The notes: generated by a model not told the origin, from the letters alone. Positions 26,852 through 40,867 are shown, numbered from the stretch's first letter. The stretch is 64,000 bases of DNA from Octopus vulgaris (GCA_951406725.2 OX597819.1:83080001-83144000), one strand, 5' to 3'. Numbers and translations are program-made.

Positions 26852-26916
26852 GGCTAAAAAAGGTAGTAACACTGTCCAAATCAGGACTGCCACTTTACGT
26901 TGGAAATTAGACTTTA

Positions 26917-27016
<100 letters not shown>

Positions 27017-27887
27017 AACATATATATATATATATATATAATAAACATATATATATATATAATAAACATCTTTTAAATTGCATTTTCAAACCTTCTCTCG
27101 TATGTATATATATATATATATATAGAACAAAAATGCAATAGAGGACAATAAAACATTCGGACAGATAGACGATGCAAAGGCAGACTGGAGAAACAACAAT
27201 CAGAAGGACAGGAAAAAAGACGGGTTATTCGTGGCCTTCTTTCTTCAGTCAAGTTTACCAGAAGTCCTTACTGTTTCAAGCAGTTACACTTGAGACAGTC
27301 CGATCTGGTTGCTCCCCAAAAAGCCTAAGATAAGAGCATTAAATTTTTTGTAAGAAATCTATCGAACGTGTACGGCAACTAAGACAAAAACGGAGATCAC
27401 GGTACACAATTACAAAAAGAAACAGCAGGTGTCTTTCGACTGAGAACGAATCAAATTGAGCTTGCGTGTATGAAGTGAAAGCCTAAAGGCAGGAACATAG
27501 GAGATGGACATAAGAGGTGCTGACGGTCGGCAGTCAGACCAAAGAAGAAAGATCATAGCTGGTCGGACACCGGTCACGTGGAAGGAGGAGAGAGAGGTTG
27601 GGGTAGCAGGATTGAAGGATTAGAAAAAAATCAGAGAAAAAGGGAAAGGTACAGGGGAGATAAACGAGTGGGAAATAGTGGGAGTTAAAGAAAGAGAGTG
27701 CCAAGAAATGTGTGAGAGAGAGGGGGGAGCAAGAAAAAGAAAAGAGGAAGAAAGTATGAGTGGGACTAAAAAATAGAGTAAGAGTCGTACAAAATTTAGA
27801 TACATGCCTACTATAAGGTGAGCATATATATACATATACATACACACACACACATATATACATATACATATGTATGCATATATATGT

Positions 27888-28044
<157 letters not shown>

Positions 28045-28503
28045 CATAATTGCATATAGCCATACATAAATGTAAATAAGGACTTATGTACACATACATG
28101 TATGTATGCATGTATCAATTTAAAGGATGATAAAGTGTACCTTGAACCTATAGGCCCTTTAAATTGGATTTTATCCTGATTTTCGTGAGGCTGAAGCGAT
28201 TAAAAATAGAAAACTCCCTCGCTGAATGGGACACCAGTCCATTACTGATTTAACCTTCTAGGTAACGCAGTTACTCATTTTAGCTGAATGAACTGGAGCT
28301 ATATAAAATGAAGTGCGTTGTTTAAGGACACAACGTATTTCTTAGGCCGAGAATAGAAATTATTACTGCTAACACTATGGAAGCTATTTATTGTAATCAC
28401 TTTTGGATGATAACATGTTGATAAAAGTAATATGCTAATAACACTAAGCGGGGGATGTAAGAGTTCTGGACCTTTGATACTTATAAGTGGATAGCTTTTT
28501 ACT

Positions 28504-28986
28504 CAATAATAAATCTTAGAGCGAGTTATAAACAGTAGCTGCAACACATCGTAACGTATATTTGCCATTTAAATATGGCTAACCACTAAGGGTGGATGCT
28601 ACTGTAGTTTGTAGCTCCAGGAGGACACCTCCTCCAGCTGGCTATAGACACACTTTCTGTGCCCTATCAGTATTTGCAAAGGGAAGCCATCCTTCCCGTC
28701 TCCAACTTATGATACACACAGACTCGAGTTTCTGAGTATTGACCCGTCATCGGCGTGTGACAATCACAGTTGTCCATGAAAAGTAGGTTCCCTTCACAAA
28801 TACATATACTTTTTCCAGTATCGTAAAGACACTGATATCGAAAAAGTGTAAACAAGCAATAATAAATCTTAGAGCGAGTTATAAACAGTAGCTGCAACAC
28901 ATCGTGACGTATATTTGCCATTTAAATATGGCTAACCCCTAAGGGTGGATGCTAATGTAGTTTGTAGCCCCAGGAGGACACCTCCT
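28504..28986 (-). repeat. Partial tandem repeat (353-bp period, ~130-bp direct repeats) with an internal hammerhead
   Basis: caataataaatcttagagcgagtt...gaggacacctcct at 28504-28633 and 28857-28986. Confidence 0.85.
28715..28759 (-). ncRNA. Minimal type I hammerhead-like motif
   Basis: CACACG-CCGATGA-C-GGGT-CAAT-ACTC-A-GAAA-CTCGAG-TC-TGTGTG. 6-bp stem I, palindromic stem III ACTCGAGT, GUC triplet. Confidence 0.7.
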
Positions 28987-30209
28987 GTTTGAACTAAAGA
29001 ATGTAGGTCACATTTATTTTTGGTAACAATATTCGTTTGATAACATTATCAGTGACTATAATAAAAAGCTTTGATTTACATGTAAATTCAAAAATGTGTA
29101 TATATTCCAATATTGCCAATTACATCAACCAACTTAACACACCAGTATCTTATCTGCCAGCACCAATATATGATTCTACTAGCATCGTCTCGATTACCGC
29201 TATCATCCCCACGATGGTCATCACCGCCACCATTACCACCACCACAGCACTTACCTTTCACTGCACTTGGTTCATTTGATTTTGATATATCACCATAAGT
29301 ATGATATTAAAAAGTTGTGAATTTTTAGGGATCTACTAAAAAATTTTGATAGCAAGTGGAGCTTTAATTTCGATAAGCGGATAACTTTCAATTCATTATC
29401 CATGCTGTATGTGGACCCTTATATATTGATAACAATAACCATTTGATTGCATGGTCAGTGAGTATAAGAAACGACTTCTACAGTATTTTGAAAATCTTTT
29501 GTAAAATTAGAATGTGTTATTACTGACTGCAGAAAGAATGGGAATGAATTGGGGTGACCATATACGAGAAGTTCTTCATATGAACAAACTGAATAGCAAA
29601 CAGTTTCTTGAATTTTGATCAATGAGCAACGAGCAGGCTAGGCACGCATATAAGTTACTAGGAACCCATTCACTTAGCAAGCTGAAATTTGAACCACTAG
29701 CTATGACTAAACTACACATGCATATAAGTGCTTGCAGAGTAGGTACAAACTGTTCGTTAACGTCTATGTATTGATTTGATGTAGCTTCAAAATTTACATA
29801 TTTTATAAAGAAAATAATACATCTCATATATTTTGATTAAAGTATAATATGAATCGACAGAAGTAAAACAAAGGAAAAACGCACGCAATCACAAAAGCAC
29901 GGATATACATATACGTATATATTCATGTATTTGCTTTTGATGGACGGACAAATAAAACACCATGATAGAACATACATTTTATACCGGTGTTCTTTGTATG
30001 GCTACCTCTACTTTTACATTCGTAGTGTACCTCAGGTGATCCTATATAATAAGTTCATTTCAGAGAGATATGGCTACCATTTCTAGTAGGTCAAACAGTT
30101 AAGATGAGGCTTCTTGATTTAGTTCATCAATATGAGTTTAAATTTACAGTAGGAAATGCAAAAGTTCATTCTCTATAAATGGGAAGTTGAATATAGCATT
30201 CTTGGTTAT

Positions 30210-30616
30210 ACTCTTTACTCTCTTTACTCTTTTACTTGTTTCAGTCATTTGACTGCGGCCATGCTGGAGCACCGCCTTTAGTCGAGCAAATCGACCCCGG
30301 GACTTATTCTTTGTAAGCCCAGTACTTATTCTATCGGTCTCTTTTGCCGAACCACTAAGTGACGGGGACGTAAACACACCAGCATCGGTTGTCAAGCAAT
30401 GCTAGGGAGACAAACACAGACACACAAACACATGCACACACTTATATATATACATATATACGACGGGCTTCTTTCAGTTTCCGTCTACCAAATCCACTCA
30501 CAAGGCATTGGTCGACCCGGGGCTATAGCAGAAGACACTTGCCCAAGATGCCACGCAGTGGGACTGAACCCGGAACCATGTGGTTGGTTAGCAAGCTACT
30601 TACCACACAGCCACTC
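30210..30616 (-). mobile_element. tRNA-derived SINE family C (CORE-like cttgggcaag), full length
   Basis: Head gagtggctgtgtggtaag...gggttcagtccc, tail of (gagtaaa) repeats. Confidence 0.88.
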
Positions 30617-30695
30617 GAGGTCAGAATTAACAGTGAAGCTGACAAAATCTAGGATGTCAAAATCAAACAGTGATTAATGCTAAGACATGTAATTA

Positions 30696-31926
30696 CGAGG
30701 GGTGTTCATTAAAAATTTACCCTGATCCACTTCCAGTTATTGCGAGAAATGGAACTTGTACAGATATAATTATACGTGTCTCTACATGTCACATTGTTTG
30801 TTTGTTTGTTATGGCTACTGAAGTGGACTAAGGTGTTATAATGGGGGCAGTTGTATGCAGATCAGTGATTATGTTCTTATACTTGAAAGGTCGTACACCA
30901 AAAGAGACTTTCGATGAGATGAAAGAAGTTTATGGTGACGATGCACCATCATACGACGTAGTCAAGCACTAGCATCACCAGTTCAAATGTGGTCGGACAT
31001 TGGTGGAAACTGTTCCTATTCCTGGACGACCACGTTCCGCCGTTGATGATGACACCATCCATAAAGTGGAAGCTGCCATTTTGGAGGACTGCTACATAAC
31101 TATTCAGCAGCTAGCACAAGAAGTAAAGATAACTGTACGGTCCGTGGAAAAAATCATTCATCACCATTTGTACATGCGGAAATTGACTGCACCATGGATT
31201 CCCCGGATGCTCACACTTTTCCAGAACCAGGAACGAGTCAATTGCTCCCAGGCTCTTTTGGCAATGTGCCAAGAAAACGAGGACTTTTTCGGCAGACTTA
31301 ACACACAGGGTGAAACATGATCCTGAAACTAAAGTCCAGGCGAAGTAATGGAAGCATGATAATTCATCACCTCTAAAGAAGGCTCGTGCCCAACTCTCAG
31401 CAGGCCATTTGATGCTCCGTCTTTTGGGACCAGCGTGAAGTAGTGATGATAAATTTTCTGACAAAGGGCACCTCAATATTATGCTTCTCTGCTGCAGAAA
31501 TTGTAGGACGCCATGAAAGCAGAAAGGCACGGCATGCTGAGCAAAGGAGTCCGCCTCCTCCAAGACAACACCCCAGTTCACAATGCACATGCTGCCCAGA
31601 TGAAAGGACACTTCTGCCGCTATGAAATCCTTCCTCATCCCCCTTACTCTCTCGATCGCGCACCATCTGACTTCCGCCGCTTTCCAACCATTGAACAGGA
31701 GACACTTTTCGGATGATGATGAACTTATATCCGAGGTAAAGTCTTAGTTCCAGATACAACCTACCGACTTTTACAGGTGAGGTTTTTCACAGCTGCATAA
31801 AGTGATGGGAGAAGTGTGTCACCATTGGTGGTGGCTATGTAGTGCAGGACTAATAATTATACCAAGTTTCATCTATCCAAGTCCTTGGGAAGTGGGTCAG
31901 GGGAAATCTTTGATGAACACTCCTCG
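30696..31926 (+). mobile_element. Full-length decayed mariner (DD34D, irritans-like)
   Basis: ~39-bp TIRs CGAGGGGTGTTCATTAAAAATTTACCCTGATCCACTTCC and an imperfect reverse copy, TA TSDs. Motifs PGRPR, WIPRMLT, LLQDNTPVH, HPPYSLDRAPSDF. Confidence 0.92.
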
Positions 31927-32202
31927 TATATTATCTACTTTATATACAACAAAGCATAAATCGGAAGAACTGAAATAAATTTAATCATTTCAAAGTTTCA
32001 TAGATGTATATCAATATCATAAAAAGAATGTACTTACATTCTTATTTAACCCTCAGTGAACTGTGAGGTTTTTGTAATATTAACATTTAAGATTAAGGCA
32101 CTGAAGAATCGATAATGTTGAAATTCTTTTAAAAATATAATGATTAAATTATGCAAAATATTCATTAAATACTTTTATGTACAAATGTTTATTTATCCCC
32201 GC

Positions 32203-32244
<42 letters not shown>

Positions 32245-32741
32245 ATGTTGGTATAGTTTTCCCATGCCTGTGCTGGTTTATTAGTGAAAATTTGAATAGA
32301 AACAGTCGAAATTGTAATGATATAGAAGTTTCAGTGGCACGATAATTTGTTTACGAAATATAGGGTGTTATTTTAATTATGTATTTTATGATAATAACGT
32401 ACATCGACTGGGTATAGATGTCTGTGTGCTTGCATGTATGCATTTTTATGGTTGTATGTGAGTAGATTTGTATGTAAGCATGTGTGTGTGGGGGGGCTGG
32501 TATCTCTTATGTTGTGATTTGTCTGTGTATGTGCGTGTGGGTGCACGTTTGCAAGTGTGCGTGTGTGGATGTTGCTTAACAAACCAACCGTAAAGAAGAC
32601 AATTATATATATATAGGAGTATATGCACTCATATTATATATATATAGGAGTATATGCACTCATATGTATGTATATATGATATATTATGGGTATGTACCCA
32701 CACTTATATGGGTGTATATTTAATTTGGTCTGTATTTCATA

Positions 32742-32868
32742 ATCTCCGAAGAGGCCTTGGGATATTTTTGTAAATGTCTCATTTATAACTACATATTGAC
32801 CTATCACACATGGCTAATATAAGTAAAATGAGACACCCATATCTACATGGCCGAAACAGCTGTAAGAT
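32742..32868 (+). ncRNA. Hammerhead-like motif with a long structured stem II
   Basis: ATCT-CCGAAGA-GGCC[~92 nt with nested hairpin tgtctcattt/aaatgagaca]GGCC-GAAA-CAGCTG-TA-AGAT. Confidence 0.65.
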
Positions 32869-33069
32869 GTAGTTTATATTTATATTTATATTCTCTTATA
32901 CATATTGTACTTATTGTATCATATTACTCCTTCATGTACACTGTTTTGTTCTATATTATTATGTTTGACCTTAATGTTCATATGTAGTGGTTTAATAAAG
33001 TATGTGATTGGGTATTATCTGGTAGTTGATAATTGATTTAGATGTATTTCTCCATTTTCTTATTTTGTA

Positions 33070-33123
<54 letters not shown>

Positions 33124-33199
33124 TATGTATATGGATACATGCATAAATATCACAATTTTTTTATATTCAGTACATTCATTGGTTACATATTGTTGTCAG

Positions 33200-33287
33200 T
33201 TGTAGGCGCTGGTAAAATAATTGAAACCCAAAATAACTTCAGAGAGTGCCGCGATTTTCTAGACGAGTATGCCACGACAGATTGTCA
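33200..33287 (+). CDS. Exon 2 (type A, phase 1 to 2): (V)VGAGKIIETQNNFRECRDFLDEYATTDC
   Basis: Acceptor ttgttgtcag|TT, donor CA|GTAAGT, open frame, ends on Cys plus 2 nt like every type A exon. Confidence 0.8.
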
Positions 33288-35663
33288 GTAAGTATATGCA
33301 AATATAAACATAAGCAATAAAAAATAAAAACAAAATCTAATGAAAACACAGAAAATACAGAATCATACAAAAATACGCAGGAAACTAAAAATTAAAGTAC
33401 AAAAAACATGCAGAAGCACAAAAAACACGAAGAAGCACAAAATACACACACATAGATTGGTGTATACTTCTTTTGCGATTAAGCAATGAATGAATCCAAG
33501 CGCGATGTATAGAAATCGTGGCCTACTTGACACTGAGATCCCATTTCAACAAACTTTAGGTAGGCCGAAGTAGTGTCAGGATGCAGCATTTAATACTATT
33601 AGTTGGAGGTAACAACCAGCAGAAAAACAAATGATCTATCAGGCTGTTTTAAGCAACACACTCCGGATGTTTTCCCTTATATTTTGATATTTTATAACTT
33701 ACACTGAAGATATAGATGCTATTTACTCATAATCATGTGGGCTCTAGAGGGTATAGAATCTCTGATGGGTTGAGAATACGTATTTCACAGTAAGTCATAC
33801 ACATTTGGTCTCCACCATCTCTCATCTATGCTACTGAGAAAATATAGCATACATCAATTAACACAATCTGCTAACCCATTTCAACAGGCTGTCCAAAAGA
33901 GGCAATCTAATAGATGTAAAACAATTGAAAATAGGGAACTGCTCAGATCTGAATGCCAAAACTATTTCGTTATGCTGGTTTGATGAAAGTAACGAAGTGA
34001 TTCAAATGATTCAGCAGAGTCCTGAACATCAACTTCTATTGAGGCAAAAGAAATAACGAGTTCAAAAATATTATTGAGTCTAGCCTTTATGACCACGAGA
34101 GTAGGAGTTATTGAGTGCAATCCTTAACGGATAAAATTTTGAGTACTCCTCTCCCTCACCCCGATAAAGATCCATTATGATAGAGAAAGAGCATGACGAC
34201 GGGTGATATTAAAACTGAAAGTCATAGTTTTGGACCTGCATACCACTGCGTGTGGTTGTGTGGTCTCTCTTCTCTGTACCCCATGGCAGAAAGGAAGTTA
34301 GGTGTATTCTGGAGACTAATGTGAAGGCTTCTTTAGAATTGTCAATGCTCATTAGTAGCACAAAGGACTATCAAAAGCGTTCGAAACGTTAGCTGTTCTT
34401 CAAACTAACGAGCCAATGGAGAAGTCATTACTTAGTCACTTAACTGCAAACAATTCGTATTATTATCTAAAAATTATTGATGAGGCTCAGCCTGAGGCCA
34501 AACAGTGAACTACAGCAGCAGAAACCACAACAATAACAATAGTAGCCTACTTTTTGTGGTCAAGATTAAACGGAAGGAAAAATAAAGGAAGCACTCATTC
34601 TTTATGCATAGAGCATGCATACTTTATTTGACAGAGGCAACAGAACAAGTCTTTTCTAGAAACCAGACCTCGTAGCAATAAAACTGGCAGGGCAAGATTA
34701 GTATAGATGATTAAACCTTATGAACTAGACGATGGCTACATGTTTTTCAGGGAAGATCGAGACAGAAAACCAGATCCATGCAATTAATCTAGCTTTTAAG
34801 AGTAAGCGAATGGATTTTAAATTCCCTTGCATTTTAAAAATTTCTCTTGCTTTTTTATCAGTGTCTATACACTTGCCCTGAGAAACAAGTAAGAAGAAAA
34901 GAAATTATACAGCCATCTTCATTTTTCAATAAAGAAAACGGTTGCTATTTATAAGCTTGTCCTACTGTAAATTTAGATGTCAGAGTCGATTGTTACCACT
35001 AGTGCTATGAACGAACTCTAAAGCCTCACAAAATTGAGGAACAAATAGAAATAGTTTGTTCCTTCAGAATAAGTTTGCAGCGAACCATCACAGCATTAGC
35101 TAGCTTTTTAAAATATTCAGTAACTATATGACTAAGTGAATACATCTCAGGTTTTGACAACGGTATTTATTGATTATGGTTTTTATCCGTAAATGGGATA
35201 CTGCAATATAAAGATCATCAGGACCATGTGATGAGCAGACTGTTAGAATAACCAAACTCGTAGGTAAACATTCACTCTCTACATTTCCTAGATGAATTTC
35301 AACGAAGGAATATGGATACTGAAGAATCTTAGAAGAGGACTGTGGAGTTTGAGAACCGAGTCTATGAGATTCTTTCAATGACGAAAATACATGAACCACT
35401 GACACGAGACCAAATTGAAAGGTGGAATTCGTAGTTCTTTAGTTATATGTCAACATTGGTTAAGCAGATCTATGATAAAAAGTGTTCCAAATGTTTGTAT
35501 TCTAGACATAATATAAATTATTCAAACTCTCATTTTTTTTAAGACTGTGGGGTGTGATTTGTGGGATGTCCGGTTGCTATTTCTGTGTTCCTGTTATAAT
35601 GAAATAATATTGAAGGTATCTGATTTAAGTATTTCATTAATTGTTATTAATAATCTTTTACAG

Positions 35664-35752
35664 ACGTGTTCAGAATATTCACCTCTGTACTCAAATGCTC
35701 AATGGAATGATAAAAAGTCGTGGAAATCAAGAAATTAATCGCCTGAAATGCA
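35664..35752 (+). CDS. Exon 3 (type B, phase 2 to 1): (Q)RVQNIHLCTQMLNGMIKSRGNQEINRLKC
   Basis: Acceptor taatcttttacag|A, donor CA|GTGAGT, 89 nt, frame compatible with both neighbours. Confidence 0.82.
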
Positions 35753-36161
35753 GTGAGTATATAATTCATATAATTCAAATATCTAGTATTTGATTCTCAT
35801 CTATGAAATGAGATGGGATATCATATCTTGCTCTAAATTAGAATCTACTGCATAACTTACAAATTCGAATTAGCGGCAAAGTACTGACTCTAAAACTGAG
35901 ACTTGATCATGCTGAGATCAACTATCAATTAATATATAAAGCAATGAATATTTAAACTTACTTGGAGGTATGTTCGTAAAACAATAATTAGTTCGCATTT
36001 TGAAATAGAATAGCATGGTATAAATAAAATTTAAGGCCTTGTGCTTCCAGAAGAAAGGATTTATTAATGTTGAAAAAGTGTGACACGCTGACAATCACAT
36101 TTACTATATGAGATATGTTTAATTTGGGGGAAACTTTATTTCAGCTAATGTGTTGTGTATA

Positions 36162-36219
<58 letters not shown>

Positions 36220-36557
36220 GAAACACGCTGGTGTTGAACTAGGGACAGCTGATGAAGGGGATTTTTCCTTGTGTAGTTGTCTTGTACTCTGTTTTTTCGT
36301 TGTTAAAAAAATGGTCCGTTCCATGCTAATTTTACGTTTTCGTGTCTCGTTGAGTTCTATGTCTATTTGTGGTGTCCTGTACACACGTATATATATTTAT
36401 ATATGCATGTATATATACATGTAGATGTAGGTACGTACATATATGTTTGTATGCATGCATATATTTTATTTATTACACTATTGTATGACTGAGTGCCTTC
36501 GCGTCGATTCGATTCGATTCGTTTCGTTTCGTTTAGTTTCTCCTTCTTCTCTAAGCT

Positions 36558-36611
<54 letters not shown>

Positions 36612-36647
36612 TGTATATACATATATATATATACATATATATATACA

Positions 36648-36683
<36 letters not shown>

Positions 36684-36692
36684 CATACATAC

Positions 36693-36750
<58 letters not shown>

Positions 36751-36830
36751 TTTACGAAAAAACAAAAGACGAAGACAGGTGGTGTACAAAACAAACAGAT
36801 GTATTAGTATAACGCTCAGTAATAGAAAAA

Positions 36831-36870
36831 GTCTCTTACGTTTCGAGCCTACGCTCTTCCACAGAAAGGG
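36831..36870 (-). ncRNA. Minimal hammerhead-like motif with variant core inside a (TA)n-associated repeat (36745-36930)
   Basis: CTTT-CTGTGGA-A-GAGC-GTAG-GCTC-GAAAC-GTA-AGAG. Confidence 0.5.
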
Positions 36871-36926
36871 ACACAGAAAAAAACAAGGAGAGAAAAAAGA
36901 TGTGTGTAGTGGCTAACGATCTATCA

Positions 36927-36977
<51 letters not shown>

Positions 36978-37442
36978 CGGTGCGAATGGTTTTGTTACAA
37001 GGTGCCGTATTTTACTATCCTGTAAATAATAAAAATGGTATTTTTTATATAAGCTTAAAGCTTATGGCGATTACCATGCAATGTCTAAGGGAAATAGTCT
37101 AATAATGGGCCATAGAAGCCCTCGACAGAAAAAGAAGTCTTTCCTAGGAAAAATAAAACAAAAATAATCAAACAAAAGGCTAAATGCGTTTGTAAAAGAA
37201 TTCAGTGTTCAGTATGTTGGTTCTGTATTCAGTATGTTAGCCACAGGAATTTCTATCAAAGAGACATGGTTAAACAAAGTTGTACATCATCTCATTCTTT
37301 TTCTCACAGAACCACTCTTTCTCTTATTATCACTCCCACTGACACCATCAACACTACTACTTTTAATAAAACATCATCAGCTCTCCCTAAATTTCTTTGT
37401 CTTTCTCTTCCTCTGTTTTTCTCTTTGTCTCTACCCTACTCT

Positions 37443-37481
<39 letters not shown>

Positions 37482-37638
37482 CCACCATCCTCACCGTCTC
37501 TATGCCTAATATTACTTTCATCCCACCATGAGGAATAGTAGAAGTGTCATTGATGAATGAGAGAGAGGGTCAAAGTGTGACACAGAAATTAATTTTCACA
37601 TTTATTATACTGTATTTTACACACTCACACACACACAA

Positions 37639-37683
<45 letters not shown>

Positions 37684-37686
<3 letters not shown>

Positions 37687-38001
37687 ACAAGGATTCCAGG
37701 TGCAAGTGCATTACGGCTGTTTCAAGTGGCTCCATTTAATCGATCAATGAAAACATTACATCAATTTTGAAATAAACCGTTCACCTCGGAAGCATACGAC
37801 CATATAGATTTCCAACATACAGGATACATCATTTTAATTTTTTGGCAAATTATAATGGTGTATCCTGTATGTTGGAAATCTGTATGATCGTTGCTTCCGA
37901 GGCAAACAATTTATTTCAAATTGATGTAATGTTTTCATTGATCAATTAAATGGACCCACTTGAAACGGCTGTAATGCACTGATAACTTGACATCCTTGTT
38001 A
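37684..38001. repeat. Long palindrome (~150-bp arms), each arm a degenerate hammerhead
   Basis: Near-perfect inverted arms. The right arm reads TGCTT-CCGAGG...CCACTT-GAAA-CGGCTG-TA-ATGCA. Confidence 0.85.
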
Positions 38002-38077
38002 CGTATTTGCTTTTTATTCACCTAACTTCGAGCTGTATGGACCATACCGGACTGAGTTTAAGTAATTCAAGTGAATC

Positions 38078-38123
<46 letters not shown>

Positions 38124-38124
38124 A

Positions 38125-39100
38125 TCATTCTATGATCAACTTTGCCGAAGGCTTTGGCAAGGTCGAGATATATCACACCCACATTTGAGTGGTTGAGCTG
38201 TTTCAGTACTCAGTCATGATGAATCACAATACTGCAGTAGTTGTGTGAACCAGTTCTTCCATTGACAGAAGCCATGTTGTATACTTTTGAACAAGTTATT
38301 TTCTTCCAGGAATGTGACTGTCATCCTTGAGAATATGTCGCCTTTTGGCCATCTGCTTTGGGGCAAGTTGAAGTCATCCGTCCGAATTATATTTATGCAT
38401 TGATCTACTTTCGTTGATATTTCTTTTATCATTGTAAGGTGTTCCTCAAATTTAACATTATGATTTGAGGTATTGGATGGACATCTTTAAACATCTTTAA
38501 ACGAGTTTGAATGTGGCTACATGGTTAATAGTGTGACATTTTCATGTATGTACACGTAACTCCAGTGTGACTCATTTCTCTTCCATCAGTAAGGAATGCA
38601 ACATACATTGATTTCTGTATCACTGCATCATTTATGTTTGTAGACAGACGTGCATCTGTAAGTGCAATGCATATGACTTGACAGTATGCAAAAAATCCCT
38701 CAGGTACGCAGTTATGCGTTTGCTGTTGTTTTGCAAGAAGTCGCTGATACTTATCAGTAGAGTTAGTGTGACGGTCGACTTCACGACAACAGTGAACATC
38801 CGGGATCTATTATTTGTGGCAATCTTGTGTATGGGTATGCGTGGCTTAGTTTTGTTTGTAACCAGGCCACCTGCTATACTCTCTTGTATGCCACACTTAG
38901 ACATTTTGCTGCTTACACTCCATCTACAAACAACTTTTTTGGTGGTTTTTCTGTACTGTACGTGTGCATTAGGATGCAGATTCCCCTGTGGGTGGTTTCA
39001 TTCTATCTAGAGTAGAGAGTGATTTTGCCATAAGATACGTTTTGGCTGCTCAAAGCGCTAGTTCTTCACTATGCCAGCAGACACCTTTTATGTAGAATTT
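38125..39100 (-). mobile_element. Heavily deleted CR1/L2-group LINE
   Basis: APE-like DDFNLP joined to RT pieces FLEENNLFKSIQHGF...TQLL and YLDLAKAFGKVDH. Confidence 0.65.
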
Positions 39101-39782
39101 GTACCGCTTTCTTGTTTATTTTATTTTTCCTTTTACCTTTTCTTTTTGTTTTAAGTTTAAATTCGGTTTTATCACTCTTTATTTTCCTTCGCTGCTTTGG
39201 GAGGTGGTGCTGGGGCTGATTCTCTTGTGAGCTTTTGTTTCCTTTTCTTTCTCAGTTTTTACATCTCTCTAAATATGAATATGCTCGTCGTTCATGGTTG
39301 CACTGTTGTTGTAAGTGGGCAAAAGACAGAGCAGACTGAGACAGAGAGAAGATCAAGTGAAATGGAGAGAAGGGACCAAGAGAAGAGAGGATGAAAACAT
39401 TGAGAGGAGAGCAACAAGCAGGGAGGGAGAAAGAGAGAGGAGATTAAATGGGGGAGAGTGGAGACTCAGTAAGTATATGAAGGGTTATAAAGGGGTAAAG
39501 TGCGACTTAGGTTGGGAGGAGAGTGCATAAAGAAAAGTAAGTAAATAAACTGAGAGAGAGAGATATGAAGAGAGCGTTACTCGAAATATAGAGCAAACCT
39601 AGTTGAGTAAAGATGGAAGGACACATATATACCTATATGCGTATAGAGACAAGGAGCGCGAAGTGATAGAGAGAGGGGACGAGAAAAGATTTGTGTTTTA
39701 AATATATAATTATTAAAAAGAATTTTCGTCGGAGATATTTCCTTCAGCCGTGATCCTGGAGAATTTTTGAAAATTATATCTA

Positions 39783-39998
39783 CGAGGATGTGCTGAAAAG
39801 TTCCTGGCTTTGGGTGAAAGAAAATACAAGAGGATCAGTTAATTATGATTTTATTCAATGTAGTTCTCTCTCAGATAAACACACTAATTGCAGCGGTCCT
39901 TCAGTTTTTCAAGTCCTGTAGAAGAACTTAGAAAGTTGGGCTTCCAAACAGGCCTTTCGTAATACTCTTAAAGCCAGGAACTTTTCAAGATCCTCTCG
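39783..39998. mobile_element. Mariner-derived MITE (~216 bp)
   Basis: TA|CGAGGATGTGCTGAAAAGTTCCTGGCTTT...AAAGCCAGGAACTTTTCAAGATCCTCTCG|TA. Confidence 0.85.
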
Positions 39999-40024
39999 TA
40001 TATAGGTATTGCTGTCTGGTAAAA

Positions 40025-40610
40025 AGCTTTCTTCGCCGACCAAAGCCTTTTGAGTGGATTTTCTATACGGAAACTGGAAGAATCCCGTTGTATATACATA
40101 TTTATTTATATATACATGTATGTGGGTGTTTGTCCCTTACCAACACCACCACCACCACCACTTGACAACCGATATTGGTGTCGTCCAGTTTCTCGATGTC
40201 TTTGCAGCACTTTATATATTCTTCCTTGTGGTGGTTGTGTCACTGCATGTATGATTTGTTCGTAGCTGCAGAGTGGGAGAGAGAGAGGGAGAGGGAGAGA
40301 GAGAGGGAGAGGGAGAGAGAGAGAGAGAGCGAATAAATGATGGGGATATGGGTGGAGAGTGAGCAGGGAGTAACTTGAAACAGTGGCGGGAACAAATAAA
40401 GGGGGAGAGAAGAGGGTCAAAAAGAAGATGAAATGAATATGTCAGGACATATGAATATGTCCCCGTAACTTAGCAGTTCAGCAAAAGAGACTGCTAGAAT
40501 AAGTACTAAACTTAGGAAAGTGAGTATTGAAGTAAATTCTTTCTACTAAATTTCTTCAGGGCTGTGTCTCAGCACGGTCGCAATCTAATGACTGACACAA
40601 GTAAAAGGTA
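40025..40610 (+). mobile_element. SINE family C remnant split by a ~270-bp insertion
   Basis: Segments 40025-40180 and 40458-40610 match consecutive parts of the 30210-30616 copy in the opposite orientation. Confidence 0.6.
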
Positions 40611-40641
<31 letters not shown>

Positions 40642-40867
40642 TTTAACCGTTACTGTCTTCAAAAAAGTTTTTTTTCGTTTCATGTTCGTCTCTGTTGCGT
40701 TGCATTCTTTCCTTCAGTAGCTGGCCGATTCAGAGCGGATCTCAGAATTAAGCAGCCGAAATCTGCGATGAGGAATCGGTTTCTGACTGAAGAACGAAGG
40801 CTTTGAATGACCCGTCTGTCTCTTATGTTCGTCCCTTCGTGTATTTCACGTTATTTATTTATGTAAA

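Noticed and set aside
29451-29463. ATG GTC A|GTGAGT as an alternative first exon
   Set aside because: Phase fits but it would yield no signal peptide; no supporting context.
33171-33199. Alternative upstream acceptor (ttatattcag) for exon 2, adding TFIGYILLS
   Set aside because: It needs a phase 2 upstream donor, but exon 1 ends in phase 1; use of 33200 gives a clean signal peptide. Could still be a minor isoform.
36215-36270. GAAA...CTGATGA arrangement (similar at 40755-40800 and 27235-27290 minus) as type II hammerheads
   Set aside because: Stems I and II do not pair convincingly.
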